Notes under the pieces: model-generated | The model's input: the letters and a program-made list of their open reading frames with translations, nothing else | Databases searched by the model: none | Told to the model about the DNA's origin: nothing | In this document: in pieces, positions 12,605 through 26,052 of the stretch | Layout of the letters: every line of letters starts with the position of its first letter | How positions within the stretch are numbered: position 1 is the first letter of the stretch | Position numbers and translations under genes: made by a program | Source: Octopus bimaculoides | Taxonomy: Eukaryota | Length of the DNA: 49,285 nt | Assembly (NCBI RefSeq): GCF_001194135.2 | Contig: NC_068991.1 | Coordinates: 39,953,217-40,002,501, forward strand | Direction: 5' to 3'

Positions 12605-15600
12605 CCTCTCTCTCTCTCTCTCTTTCCTCCTATTTCTTTTTCTCTCATCATTGTGTGTTCTGCTTATCTAGAGACACCATTATTATTTATATTTCGTCCA
12701 ATTAACTGTAGCCTGCATCGCCATAACAGATGGTGAAATGTAAAATTGGTGCAGTTTCATTTTACTGATTCCCTGTATTTACTTTCTAATTATTACAAAC
12801 TATTTGAGTTTATGAATAATGTTTTCCTTTTTTCTTTATTAATTTCAATCTCTGAATATGTAAGAGATACATGAGAGCAAGCAGTAACGTTTGTGTTCTT
12901 GATTTCCACAGAAGGCGCACGCCTTAACTTTAACGAGAGTCAATTAAATCGACTGGTTGCTATATATTTCCCCAATCTCGGAAGGAAAAATCGCAAAGTC
13001 GACCTTTACAGGATTTGAACTCAAAATGCTAAAAAGAATGTAACTAACGCTTTACTCAGAGTAAAATAAAAAATATCTCCTTAGTGTAACGAGTTGCTTT
13101 TCTAAAATAAACCCTCAAAAACAAGAGGTAAATACTTGATATACACCTTTTCTCATTTCAAACTACTAGATTCAACTTACACTGTTCTTGAAATCTTCTG
13201 CATTATTTTCAGTTTCAGTCTTATTGTAACTCTTAGATTTGGTTCTGTTTATTTAACAAGATGGTCGTGTCCTTTTGCAGGTATAGTCCTGTTATAAACC
13301 CAACGGTAGCTAGTTAGGTTAGTCCGAAAGTCACTTGACAAAGCGTACCAGTATTCTGGCTTAAGGATAACTGAAATCTATATAATATAGGAATCTGTTG
13401 TTTTTAGAATCTATTTCGGAAAATATGATATCACTTTTTTTTTTCTTTTTTTTTTTACCAGATCTTAGGTGACTTAACAGAAGTAAAACAAAGACCGAGT
13501 TAGAGTTCGGTTCGTCAAAAATTTACTACAGAACGACAGTATCTACAACTGAAAGATACACCAAGAATATTTTGAGGGAAAGAGCCTAGTTTATGTCCAA
13601 TAGATTATACATTTTTTTATAGTCTTAATAAGGGGGCGCCATCATCGGGCGACGAACCAATAATGCACTGTGGAACATTTTGTAAAGAGTCACATAGAAA
13701 GAACAGATTTTTGAAGTTTATTTCTATATTATTGACTATCGCAATCTGCAGCGAGTTTTCACATCATAATATCTATTATATCGGTAATAATTAAATAATT
13801 CATTATGCATTTTATTGTGTTTCGCTACGCGGTGATACCTCGGACCGAGGAAATTGCTAAGCTTGAAATCCTTCCGTGGTACAGAAAAGGTTTAAGGGGG
13901 CGCTGTTCTAAATGTTCAGCGGAAAAAAACGAAGAGTGACAGAGTGGGGAGTGTAGACAGAGGGGGGAAAAGAACCAGATCTGGTAAAAAGAACGAGAAT
14001 AAAGAAAAAGGTAGAAGTACCAGGAAAGAAGAGGAGCGAGACAAGGGCTGAACGTAGTCGTAAAACAAGGGGAAAAAGAAACGAATACAGAAAGAAACGA
14101 AAGGATGGAAAATAAAGAAAAATAGACAAAATAAAAGACAGTAAAAGAGAAAAACAAAAGAAATATAGTAGAGTAATGCAGGGAGAAGGAGAAAAAGAGA
14201 AAGTAATAAATCAATTCCATGACATTCCGCCAGCAGCTCATTAGTTAATTCTATTAGATGTATTAGTTGGTTTGTTAACATTATCTTAACAAGAGTATAC
14301 TAATTAAGTTAGCTGGGGGTTTTGACCATTGCCTATGTGAATAGACTAAGCGGAATAGACCAAAATTGGCATATAAAGAAAATGTGAACACATTAACCCG
14401 AGATTAACCTCGCCGGACACCGTAATGCTATGTGTGTATGTGTGTGTGTATGTATGTATGTGTGTGTGTATGAGTATGTGTGTGTATGTATGTGTGTGTG
14501 TATGTGTGTGTATGTGTGTGTGTATGTGCGTGTATGTNNNNNNNNNNNNNNNNNNNNNNNNNNNNNNNNNNNNNNNNNNNNNNNNNNNNNNNNNNNNNNN
14601 NNNNNNNNNNNNNNNNNNNNNNNNNNNNNNNNNNNNNNNNNNNNNNNNNNNNNNNNNNNNNNNNNNNNNNNNNNNNNNNNNNNNNNNNNNNNNNNNNNNN
14701 NNNNNNNNNNNNNNNNNNNNNNNNNNNNNNNNNNNNNNNNNNNNNNNNNNNNNNNNNNNNNNNNNNNNNNNNNNNNNNNNNNNNNNNNNNNNNNNNNNNN
14801 NNNNNNNNNNNNNNNNNNNNNNNNNNNNNNNNNNNNNNNNNNNNNNNNNNNNNNNNNNNNNNNNNNNNNNNNNNNNNNNNNNNNNNNNNNNNNNNNNNNN
14901 NNNNNNNNNNNNNNNNNNNNNNNNNNNNNNNNNNNNNNNNNNNNNNNNNNNNNNNNNNNNNNNNNNNNNNNNNNNNNNNNNNNNNNNNNNNNNNNNNNNN
15001 NNNNNNNNNNNNNNNNNCTCTCTCCCTCTCCCTCTCCCCCTCTCTCTCTCTCCTCTCTCTCTTTCTCTCTGTATTATATATATATATATATATATATTAG
15101 ATCGTAAGAGGAGGAGAGCCAGTGCATGTGACCTATGCAAACCCCACCGGAAGTAGAATGTGTAGACGAAGGTGTGAGCAATGCGGAAAACGTTCGGTAA
15201 ATTATCATGAGGCCATGTGTTCGATGCCACAGCGAAGCAATTTAGAAAAGTGCTTTCAACAATAACCTCGAGTCCATGGAAACTCTGTGAACGTCTGTGT
15301 ATCACGACTAGGGATCTGGTTTAAATTTTCTAAAAGGACTTTCCACATCGCTTTGTTAATCCTTCTTGTCATGTTTGGAAAAAATAAATTACTGACGTTC
15401 ATCTTTATTGCAAAACCTTTCTGGTTTTATCTTCTGGATCAAATGAATTTCATGATTGTTATTAATACTGTTTTGTTGTCATAGAGAATCATGGGAAGAA
15501 CGTAATATCCCTCTTTCTCATTGGTTGTTACTATATGTCAATTTTCTGATCATTAACGCCAGATTTCAGCAATCAGGAAATAGACTGGTCATGGAATCTG

Positions 15601-16369
15601 TTAGCAATTTCTCACCAGAGTGTGCTGTCTTTGTTTTCACGCTTACGTTATACTTTCCTTTTGTTGTTGATTCCATAACTAATCATCTAATCTTTTAAAT
15701 GTTTTAAGGAAATTCTTTATAAGATAATATTTATCCGTTAAAGGTTTTTTCTATCTCGTTAAAGTACTTTGTTGCAAATGCATGGTAAGAGAGCAAGAAA
15801 GCGTGGTAGTTGGATGCACCATGTAACAGTTAGAATCCTGTAGTTTATAACTTCCATGTTTGCATATGAATTTGTAAATTGCGTTAGTCATCTAAAATTT
15901 ATTCATATCTCGGAAGGTCTTCGAGTTACGAAGGAACTCTGAAATTTATTGTTCTAGACATAGATACAAAGATAAAGGGATCTTCGTCAGTTTTGACGAC
16001 GAGTATCAGTTGTTTAGTGCTCATTGAATTAACATGCGATTGAGTATTCCGCAGTAATGCCTATCCTTTACTTAACGCTCAGGTAACAATCAACGTGTCA
16101 CAGAGGGTGACAAAGCCGGATGTTTCAGTTACATGTACAATCCACTCGGTAGGTCTCTTAATAGATTCTTTGTATCCAGTTTGACTGACAAGGCTTAGGT
16201 CGAACCGAAATTACAAGGGAAAGATACTTACTAAAGATGACACGCCATGTGATCAAACTCGGCACCTTGTCATTGCGAAACAATCTTGTGGGATATTCGA
16301 CCATGCTGTGCATATACACGCGGGGCAAACGAGCGCACACACACGCACACACACGCACACGCACACGCA

Positions 16370-16463
<94 letters not shown>

Positions 16464-16487
16464 TACAAAACCCACGTGCGTGCTGGT

Positions 16488-16680
16488 TGAGTCGTTAGGG
16501 CGTTGGAAAAATGGACCTTGCGCTATTGTTCTAAGACTTTCCATACTGAGTTCATATACCACCGAGGTCACCTTTGTCTTTCGTCCCTTCAGAGTCGATA
16601 AAATAGTTATACTGTGATCGATGTTGTCGGCTAACGCCCTCCCTTTACAATTGCTGGCCTTTTGCCAGGCTCAAGAACGC
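16488..16680 (+). mobile_element. Degraded SINE family A
   Basis: ctgagttcata...ccgaggtcacctttgtctttcgtcccttcagagtcgataaaatag...attgctggcctt. Confidence 0.65.
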
Positions 16681-17188
16681 TTAATAGCACACAGAACCGG
16701 GGATATGTACCGTGATGACCGTGATGGTTTGATGGACAAATAATATTTGTATATGATAATTGGGAGAACGCCTTAAAACTTATTTCATTGGTACGAATTA
16801 ATTCAATGTGTTTTATGGCCTTCTTGGAGAAAATATCCGTGACACAAGCTTTATGAATAATATCTATATCAGTGTGAATACAATGCCTTTTAGATGACTT
16901 TGCTATTGGAAAGCTGTTAGGAAATTGCGTTAATTATTCTGAACGGATTTCCCTTCTTTTGTTTTTCTTTTCCTTTCTCTCCGTCATTGTTGTGGCTTTC
17001 GAGAGATAAAGAGATAAAAGGTGGAGCGATTGAAAATCAAGTTAAGAGAGAAGGGATAAGATACAAGATGAGGAAATCAATGAAAAAAAATATAGCCGAG
17101 GAAATAGAAAGTAAAGCATAGTAAATTATGCAGAAGGTTCGAGAGTTAAGAGGACAGAAAAATATAAATGAAAATAGACGCTCACGCA

Positions 17189-17234
<46 letters not shown>

Positions 17235-18449
17235 TATACATATACATGCATACTTGCACGTATATGAGAATTACTGGGTGACTTAACATTTAAATATTGA
17301 ATAGACTGCAGTCTCCACGCTTTTAAGTTAGTGCTAGTATATATAACGTAAGTTCATTTATCCTTGGAAGAAAAATATGACTCTTACATATCATAAAACA
17401 AACGACATAGAAGAAACAGACATAAATAAGGTCCGGAAGTCTCTTTATTTAACTACTGATTTTGTTCTCACTTATTTACGACATTGTTTATTGTGCTCTC
17501 AAACCATTACTGCTTTTAAATAAACAATTCTTTTCTTGGATGCTACGTTCTGCCCTCAAAACGTTATACATTTACAATATTACTAAATTTCAATTAGTTG
17601 CACCTTACATCCTTCATTCTACCCCTCTCGCTCTCCATCCCTCATCCTTCTGTCTCTGTCTACCTGTCTCCCCCCCCCTCTCTCTCTTTCCCTCATTAAT
17701 AGTTTTATTTCTATTTTGTTCTCCCGTTTGAAAGGTAATTCTCATCTTGCCCACGTGGTGAATTTTTGGCTTTCCACTAGACCAGCTGGGGAAATACGCG
17801 TCAGGAGAAAGGCGACCACAATTGGCTTACCTATATCAAGTATGTCAGCATTCACTTTACTATTCCTTTTTCATGCAGCAGATGACCCCGAATATTTTAG
17901 CCCTGTGATTCTTTTAAGTTATTGCATCTCTCAGTGTTCATTCCCAATAATTCTAGAAACCTTTCACGCTATCTAAAATCTCACATTAATGTTACGCCTA
18001 CGCTTCATTGATGAAATCTATTAAGAGCGAAATGTATCCAGAATTGTCGTAACTGCCAGCAATCAGGATTAAGACCATCAGTACTTCACATGTCTCAACT
18101 GCTTCACATTTCTATTTACTGTTTCATATATTACGTTAGGAGGCTGTTATAGATGAGATGCAAATGAGCAAGTACCTCCTTTTTTTTCCTTTTCATATGA
18201 AATATTCAAATTTCTAAAAGTTTATTTGAAATATTGGCCTCATTTCTTGCGTATATCAATTCATACTACTGTACACTGTTCTAGAATCGGCTACTTGTGT
18301 ATTCTTTCGAAACACATTTTGTAATGCCAGTGGAGAATTTTGGAAAATTGATAAACGAAATTTTGGTACAAAAGAGGAAACCTAACAAAGATTGTGAAAT
18401 CTGCGTAAAGAATATAGTGACTCAATGGTATACGTTGATAAATGTTTTT

Positions 18450-18790
18450 AAAACCTTATGATCTACAGACGTCCTCTCTTTGCGTTTTTTTTATCACTAC
18501 TAAAGAGGCCTCTGTTCATTGGAATTCGCAAGTTTCACGCAATCTTCTCTCAGGTACTCTGTACCTTGTATCCCATTCTCACACCCCTTACCAACCATGG
18601 CAGCCAGTCCATCCTTCTTAAAATGTTGGCCCTCTGGAATTCCCACCTCTTGTACAGGCTTTTCTCCTACAACCGCCGACGTGTGATTGAGCAAAAGGGA
18701 CGTTAACAGCATAAATCACAATAGACTGAGAGACACTGTAGAAGCCCATCGGCACATCCCCTCAAAACCAAACCAAACCAGATCAAACTA
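18450..18790 (+). mobile_element. 3' end of a CR1/Jockey-group LINE
   Basis: Peptide TNHGSQSILLKMLALWNSHL resembles the post-RT LWNSLP motif; followed by a short 3' UTR and an (AAACC)n-like tail. Confidence 0.55.
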
Positions 18791-19282
18791 AAATATTGCT
18801 GCTTCGTATCCAGATGGCATTTTATTGTTAGTAGGTTTGAGGAAACGATGTTTACACTTTGGATAATGTTGGTACATTAACATGAAACAAATAAAGATTA
18901 AACATAGTATCCTCTTCAAACATAATTTCAAAAAGCTAGAATAACCCACATTGTTTCATCTGCAATGTTATGGAACATTAAGAATAAAAAGGGTTTTTAA
19001 AGAATTCATCAAAACGTGTAGTATATAGTAACTGAGGATTTTAGCCAACCAAATACTTGATTCGCTTTCTAGTTTGTTTAATCTTCAAGCAGGTCTAAGA
19101 TCAAAGGCATTCCAGTGTGACCATCTCGTAAGACCCTATCTATGAGAGAGATAGGGTACGATTTCTGTGGGATTGTTATTTCTAGCTAGTCAAACGGCAA
19201 AGTAGAGGTTCCTTCAGTGGGTCCAGATTAGCTTTCTATTTTCTCTTGATAAAGAAAAAACATGAAAAAGCATTCTTTATTT

Positions 19283-19557
19283 TATTATTTTACCTGTTTC
19301 AACCATCAGACTGCGACCATACTGGGGCAACGCCTTGAAAAACTTTAGTCGACCTCAATACTCATTTTTCTTTTCTTTCTTTTCCTTTTTTAAAGCCTGG
19401 TACTTTTTTCTATCGACTTCGTTTGCCGAACCGCTATGTTACTGGGATGTAAACACAGCAACACCGGTGTCAAGTAGTGGTAAGGAACAAACACAAATGC
19501 AAAGATACATACATTTGTATATGTATACACATATGTATATATAGACACGCACACATG

Positions 19558-19615
<58 letters not shown>

Positions 19616-19757
19616 CAACAGGCTTCTTTCAATTTCCATCTACCAAATTCACTCACAAGACAGTAGATTGTTGCTCAAGGTTCCAAGCAGTGGAACTGAA
19701 CCCGGAAACATATGGTTGGGAAGCAAACTTCTTACCACACAACCACACCTGCGTCTG
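19283..19757 (-). mobile_element. tRNA-derived CORE-type SINE, family B, with internal microsatellite
   Basis: Reverse of ggtgtggttgtgtggtaagaag head, aagaagcctg centre and gaaacaggtaaaat tail; internal (CA)/(TA) tract. Confidence 0.85.
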
Positions 19758-20039
19758 AGAACGGCATCTTGTTTTCCTCTCTTATAAACCATAGATTTCT
19801 GTCTGTCGATGGAATTATTGTATGGAGAAACCATTTTAAATGAGGAAAAGTTTCAATTTGCGAGAGAGGTCATTTTTCTCCCATTGTTTTAATTTTTCTC
19901 TTTCTTTTGTTATTACTTTTTTTCTCATAGTATTTGTTTTGACTTTAGGGTAATGCGGCCCAGTCAAAAACAATTCCACGCTACATAGTTCGTTTCATAG
20001 TCTTGAAAGAAAATGACTGATGTTCGGATAGAAACGCAG

Positions 20040-20235
20040 GCAATTTGGTAAGTTGGTAGGTGGTAGGTGGGTAAGTATGTGTGAAGCTGAGCAGGTAAAT
20101 AGACGAATAGGTAAGGTAGACGGGTGGATAGGTGGGACGAACGATGCGGGAGGAATGTTAAGTACGCTTATAGCTAGAAGAGAATGCTCAGTACGTTGGT
20201 GGGTAGGTGCGTAGTAGAGTATGTAGGAAGCTAGG

Positions 20236-20286
<51 letters not shown>

Positions 20287-20291
20287 GTAGG

Positions 20292-20327
<36 letters not shown>

Positions 20328-20457
20328 CAGATAGATAGACAGATAGATAAAGAGAAACATAGATAGACAGACAGATAGACAGATAGACAGACAGATAGAT
20401 AGATAGACAGATAGACATCAATAGCAACCTACCTAGATAGATAGATAGACTTACAAA

Positions 20458-20525
<68 letters not shown>

Positions 20526-20550
20526 TAGACAGACAGATAGACAGACAGAC

Positions 20551-20621
<71 letters not shown>

Positions 20622-20700
20622 AAGGAAGGGAGGAAAGTAGGTAGGTGGGTTATAGTGAGGCTGATATTTCATAGGTCGATCGGAAGGTAGGTTAAACAGA
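20040..20700. repeat. Compound tetranucleotide microsatellite (GGTA/GATA/GACA)n
   Basis: Read directly. Confidence 0.95.
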
Positions 20701-21001
20701 AAGAGAGCAGTGAAGATAGAACAGAAGCCAAAATTGATGAAAGGGAAATATAATGGTTTGAGAAATATAATTAAAAATAATAAGATAGGAAAACAAACAA
20801 ATAATTCATACTGGAACTAATGATATTTTCTTTATTGTGTAGTGGGAGAGGGACGGGGAGAACATTTTCTGATGGTGGGAAGTTATATATCAGAGTTAAT
20901 CGTCTATATATATATATATTTTTTTCTTTCTCTCTCTCTCCCACTCTCTTTCTTACAGTCAGTTTGCTTCTCCAACAAACTCCCTCGCTATCTTTCTTTC
21001 C

Positions 21002-21049
<48 letters not shown>

Positions 21050-21704
21050 NNNNNNNNNNNNNNNNNNNNNNNNNNNNNNNNNNNNNNNNNNNNNNNNNNN
21101 NNNNNNNNNNNNNNNNNNNNNNNNNNNNNNNNNNNNNNNNNNNNNNNNNNNNNNNNNNNNNNNNNNNNNNNNNNNNNNNNNNNNNNNNNNNNNNNNNNNN
21201 NNNNNNNNNNNNNNNNNNNNNNNNNNNNNNNNNNNNNNNNNNNNNNNNNNNNNNNNNNNNNNNNNNNNNNNNNNNNNNNNNNNNNNNNNNNNNNNNNNNN
21301 NNNNNNNNNNNNNNNNNNNNNNNNNNNNNNNNNNNNNNNNNNNNNNNNNNNNNNNNNNNNNNNNNNNNNNNNNNNNNNNNNNNNNNNNNNNNNNNNNNNN
21401 NNNNNNNNNNNNNNNNNNNNNNNNNNNNNNNNNNNNNNNNNNNNNNNNNNNNNNNNNNNNNNNNNNNNNNNNNNNNNNNNNNNNNNNNNNNNNNNNNNNN
21501 NNNNNNNNNNNNNNNNNNNNNNNNNNNNNNNNNNNNNNNNNNNNNNNNNNNNNNNNNNNNNNNNNNNNNNNNNNNNNNNNNNNNNNNNNNNNNNNNNNNN
21601 NNNNNNNNNNNNNNNNNNNNNNNNNNNNNNNNNNNNNNNNNNNNNNNNNNNTGTTGATGCGATCTGCGTTGAACTTACGTGTATTCTTTTCCTGCCTTTT
21701 TTTG

Positions 21705-21955
21705 GTTCTTTTACTTGTTTCAGTCATTTGACTGAGGCCATGCTGGAGCACCACCTTGAAGGACTTTTGTCGAACAAATCGTCCCCATGGCTTATATTTT
21801 AAGCATAATACTTATTCTATCGGTTGTTTTTGTCGGATCGCTAAGTTACGGAACGTAAACACACCAACAACGGTTGTCAAGCGGTGATGGGGGACAAATA
21901 CAGAACAAAGATACACATACATAGATACATACATAGACATACATACATACATACA

Positions 21956-21986
<31 letters not shown>

Positions 21987-22193
21987 CTATCTCTCCCTCT
22001 CTCTCTCTCCCTATATATATATATACATATACGACAGGTTTCTTTCAGGTTCCGTCTACCAGATTCACTCACAATTCTTTGGTCAGCCCGAGGCTATAGG
22101 AGAAGACACTTGCCCAAGGCACTATGCAATAGGACTGAACCCGGAACCATGTGGTTGGGAAGCAAGCTTCTTACTACACAGCCACGCCTGCGC
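21705..22193 (-). mobile_element. SINE family B
   Basis: acttgtttcagtcatttgactg...gacacttgcccaagg...ccacgcctgcgcc; internal (TACA)/(TC)/(TA) tract. Confidence 0.9.
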
Positions 22194-22199
22194 CTTGTT

Positions 22200-22392
22200 T
22201 GTGTATGTTATTTGCGGGTGGTACGCTGTGTTCTTGAGCAAAACACTTCATTTCACGCTGCTCTGCGATCATTCCGACACCTGACGAGTGGTACACCATG
22301 CATCTCTTCAGGCAACGTCGATTTGATGGAGTGAGAGAGAGTGAGCTAATGTACGGCATGTACATTGAATTACTAGAAATAAATCATCTGTG
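22200..22392 (+). mobile_element. CORE-type SINE body (family C); likely donor of the inverted copy at 22809-22956
   Basis: tgtgttcttgagcaaaacacttcatttcacg CORE-like motif followed by a family-specific tail. Confidence 0.65.
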
Positions 22393-22554
22393 CTAGTTGT
22401 AGATATTTCTTATAAAACCGCTATTACTTGGGGTTTCGCAAAGACAACAGTACCATCTTTAATTATATATACCTATAATGTCTATTTACAAAGTGTGAGC
22501 TATAAAAATCTGTCTATGTATCTATCTATGTATCTATCTATGTATGTATGTATC

Positions 22555-22633
<79 letters not shown>

Positions 22634-22808
22634 ATGCCTGTCTTGTCTGTATATATACACACAGTAGCGGCCAGAATATAAGGGTCAGTAAAAGCAAGTG
22701 TATTGAAATAGTTATTATAGAAGATTAGCACACGTTGAGACTAGATATTTTACACATATCTAGATATATCTAACATCTATCTTTCGTGAAAATTTCAAGG
22801 CAATGGAA

Positions 22809-22956
22809 TAATTAAATTTACATGCCGTACATTAGCTCACTCTCTCTCTCTCTCTATCAAATCGACGTTGCCTGAAGAGATGCATGGTGTACCACTCGTC
22901 AGGTGTCGGAATGATCGCAGAGCAACGTGAAATGCAGTGTTTTGCTCAAGAACACA
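22809..22956 (-). repeat. Inverted near-identical copy of 22227-22372 inserted in the left Tc1 TIR
   Basis: Only a few differences from the donor; absent from the right TIR; aata duplicated at 22807-22810 and 22960-22963. Confidence 0.9.
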
Positions 22957-23164
22957 AGAAATATTTCGTTAGTTATGAGGAAATTAACAAACAATCTTCC
23001 AAATTGCAACGGCCAAAGTTAAGGGTCACTTAGAAAAAAATGAACTACAAACCGAGGTATTTGTTGTTTAGAAGACTGTTAATGGGCTAACAGTTACTTC
23101 TTATGATCCTACGATATCGGAACATTCAACTGTCAACGTGGCGGCTTGTGAGAGACGACCGGTG

Positions 23165-24080
23165 TCCAGTGATGAAAACAAAGGATTGTGTGCCTTCACC
23201 AAGAGGGCAAGTCAAATTCTGTGATAGCAACTACTGTAGGAAAGTCTAGAAGTGTTGTGCAACGAATGGTAGCTTGTTTTAAGTCATCAGGATCGACAGA
23301 TGCTATACCCAAAACCGGTAGACCTTGTAAAACTTCACCAAGACAGGATCGTATTATGGTTAGAATGTTACTGAATGATAGGTTTAAAAGTGCTGTTGAG
23401 ATGTCCTGCGAGTTTAGCTTCACATCCGATGTCAACGTATCATGCAAAACAATTTCTCGGAGGTTACGAGGTTCTGGGTTGCTTGCTCGGACACCGGCAA
23501 AGAAACCTCTGATCTCCATGAAGAATTAAAGAGCCACGTCTTCGTTTCTCTCACGAACATGTCGTTTGGACAGAAGAACAGTGGTCGCAGGTTCATTTTA
23601 GTGATGGATCGAAGTTTATGTGATTGGTTCCGATGGTGGGATATACATCCGACGAAGAAGTTGCGAAAGGTTATCTCGTGTATGTGTGAAGAGGCAGGGA
23701 AATATGAAGGGGGCAGTGTAATGGTATGGGGAGTGATCTCTGCTGATGGTCCTGGTCCACTTATTCGCCTACAAGGGACTGTCAATGCTGAAAAGTACAA
23801 GCAGATTCTTATACAGCTTCCCCTTCCACATCTCCGATCCTCGTCAGTTCAACCTTCTATCTTCGTGCAGGACAACGTTCCCTGTCACACTGCGAAGAGA
23901 GTCAAAGGCTTTTTGAGTGCTGAAGGGGTTGATCTCATGGACTGGTCACCTCAAAGTCCCGATCTCAACCCTATAGAAAATGTTTGGAAGATTATTGGAG
24001 ATGGGGCACGAAGGAGAAATCCAAAGAACCAAGATGAACTCTGGGAATTATTGAAAATCGAATGGAACAATATTACTCCA
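23165..24080 (+). pseudogene. Tc1 transposase pseudogene (DD34E)
   Basis: GRPCKTSPRQDR, KKPLIS, WSQVHFSDGSKF, GGSVMVWG, QDNVPCH, WSPQSPDLNPIEN; 34 residues between the QDN D and the IEN E; stops and frameshifts; C-terminus lost at the SINE insertion. Confidence 0.92.
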
Positions 24081-24488
24081 GCAGGAGTGGCTGTGTGGTA
24101 AGTAGCTTGCTTACCAACCACATGGTCCCAGGTTCAGTCCCACTGCGTGGCATCTTGGGCAAGTGTCTTCTACTATAGCCTCGGGCCGACCAAAGCCTTG
24201 TGAGTGGATTTGGTAGACGGAAACTGAAAGAAGCCCGTCGTATATATGTATATATATGTGTGTGTGTGTGTGTGTGTTTGTATGTCTGTGTTTGTCCCCA
24301 CAACATCGCTTGACAACCGATGCTGGTGTGTTTATGTCCCCGTAACTTAGCGGTTCGACAAAAGAGACCGATAGAATAAATACTAGGCTTCCAAAGAATA
24401 AGTCCTGGGGTCGATTTGCTCGACTAAAGGCGGTGCTCCGGCATGGCCACAGTCAAAATGACCGAAACAAGTGAAAGAGTAAAAGATA
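24081..24488 (+). mobile_element. SINE family B inserted in the Tc1
   Basis: gcaggagtggctgtgtgg (A box), ggttcagtccc (B box), cttgggcaagtgtcttc CORE, gaaacaagtgaaagagtaaaaga tail. Confidence 0.95.
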
Positions 24489-24829
24489 TATATGCAACAC
24501 ACACAACCAAAACAATTCTTTTTTGTTCTTGTTCCATTTTTCATTGTTTTTCTAAGTGACCCTTAACTTTTGGCCGTTGCAGTTTGGAAGATCATTTGTT
24601 TATTTCCTCATAACTTACGAAATATTCCATTTACTTGAAATTTTCACTAAAGATAGATATTAGATATATCTAAATTTGTGTAAAATATCTAGTCTTAATG
24701 TTCAGTTAATCTTCTATAATGAATATTTCAATACAATTGTTCTTACCGCCCCTTATATTAGGGCTGCTACTCGATATATTACTCACGTTTTCTTTTTCAT
24801 TCTTTTCCTATTAATTTCCTTTTATTCCC

Positions 24830-25620
24830 TTCTGTCGAAGAGCGTAGGCTTGAAGCGTAAAAGACCTTTCCATTTTCCCGAGCGACAAACTAATGCACTC
24901 CTTTCTTCGTCTTTATTTTTCTATAAATTTGTATAATATATATATATATAATACAAATTATATAAACTATATATACCGTTATATATATATATATATATAT
25001 ACATATATANNNNNNNNNNNNNNNNNNNNNNNNNNNNNNNNNNNNNNNNNNNNNNNNNNNNNNNNNNNNNNNNNNNNNNNNNNNNNNNNNNNNNNNNNNN
25101 NNNNNNNNNNNNNNNNNNNNNNNNNNNNNNNNNNNNNNNNNNNNNNNNNNNNNNNNNNNNNNNNNNNNNNNNNNNNNNNNNNNNNNNNNNNNNNNNNNNN
25201 NNNNNNNNNNNNNNNNNNNNNNNNNNNNNNNNNNNNNNNNNNNNNNNNNNNNNNNNNNNNNNNNNNNNNNNNNNNNNNNNNNNNNNNNNNNNNNNNNNNN
25301 NNNNNNNNNNNNNNNNNNNNNNNNNNNNNNNNNNNNNNNNNNNNNNNNNNNNNNNNNNNNNNNNNNNNNNNNNNNNNNNNNNNNNNNNNNNNNNNNNNNN
25401 NNNNNNNNNNNNNNNNNNNNNNNNNNNNNNNNNNNNNNNNNNNNNNNNNNNNNNNNNNNNNNNNNNNNNNNNNNNNNNNNNNNNNNNNNNNNNNNNNNNN
25501 NNNNNNNNNNNNNNNNNNNNCAAAGACTTTCCGTATTCCCGAGCGTCATACTAATATATACTTTTGTTATTTACACCACCTGTCCTCGTCTGTTGTTATT
25601 TTTTGTATATTCTCCCATAT
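24830..25620 (+). mobile_element. Two tandem copies (24830-24930, 25521-25620; gap between) of a Penelope-like terminal repeat
   Basis: aaagac(c)tttcc...ttcccgagcg...actaat...cttcgtct shared by both copies; gaagagcgtaggcttgaagcgt resembles PLE terminal motifs. Confidence 0.5.
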
Positions 25621-25635
25621 ATATATATATATATA

Positions 25636-26003
25636 TAGCAAGAAGCTTGCTTTCCAGCCATATGGTTCGAAGTTCAGTTCCAGGGCGTGGCACCTTGGGC
25701 AAGTGTCTTCTGCTATAGCCTCGGGCCGACCAAAGAATTGTGAATGGCTTTGGTAGATGGAATCTGAAAGAAACCCGTTGTACATATATGTATGTGTGTG
25801 TGTGTGGGGGGGGGTGTTTGTACACCATTACCACTTGACAACTGCTGCTGGTATGTTTACCTCCCCGTAACTTAGCGATAGAGTAAGTGCCAGACTTTAA
25901 AAACTTAAGTACTGGGGTGGGTCGATATATTCGACTAAAAATTCTTCAAGGCGGTGCGCTAGCATGGCTGCAGTCAAATGGCTGAAACAAGTAAAAGATA
26001 AAA
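25636..26003 (+). mobile_element. SINE family B
   Basis: caccttgggcaagtgtcttctgctatagcctcgggccgacc...gaaacaagtaaaagataaaag. Confidence 0.88.
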
Positions 26004-26018
26004 GCTAAAATATTTATG

Positions 26019-26052
<34 letters not shown>

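Larger units (their letters stand above)
22662..24772 (+). mobile_element. Full-length Tc1-family transposon with long TIRs, interrupted by a SINE B and a templated insertion
   Basis: Ends cagtagcggcc / ggctgctactcg; the left end (22662 to about 23040, minus the 149-bp insert) aligns to the reverse complement of about 24545-24772; internal DD34E transposase. Confidence 0.9.

Noticed and set aside
13825-14241. Hydrophobic 138-aa minus-strand ORF
   Set aside because: Translation of a pyrimidine-rich low-complexity tract; a possible 13841-13909 mini-exon has only a weak donor.
16232-16305. Minus-strand mini-exon [24 protein letters not shown]
   Set aside because: Good donor but weak acceptor next to (TG)n; phase incompatible with the other candidates.
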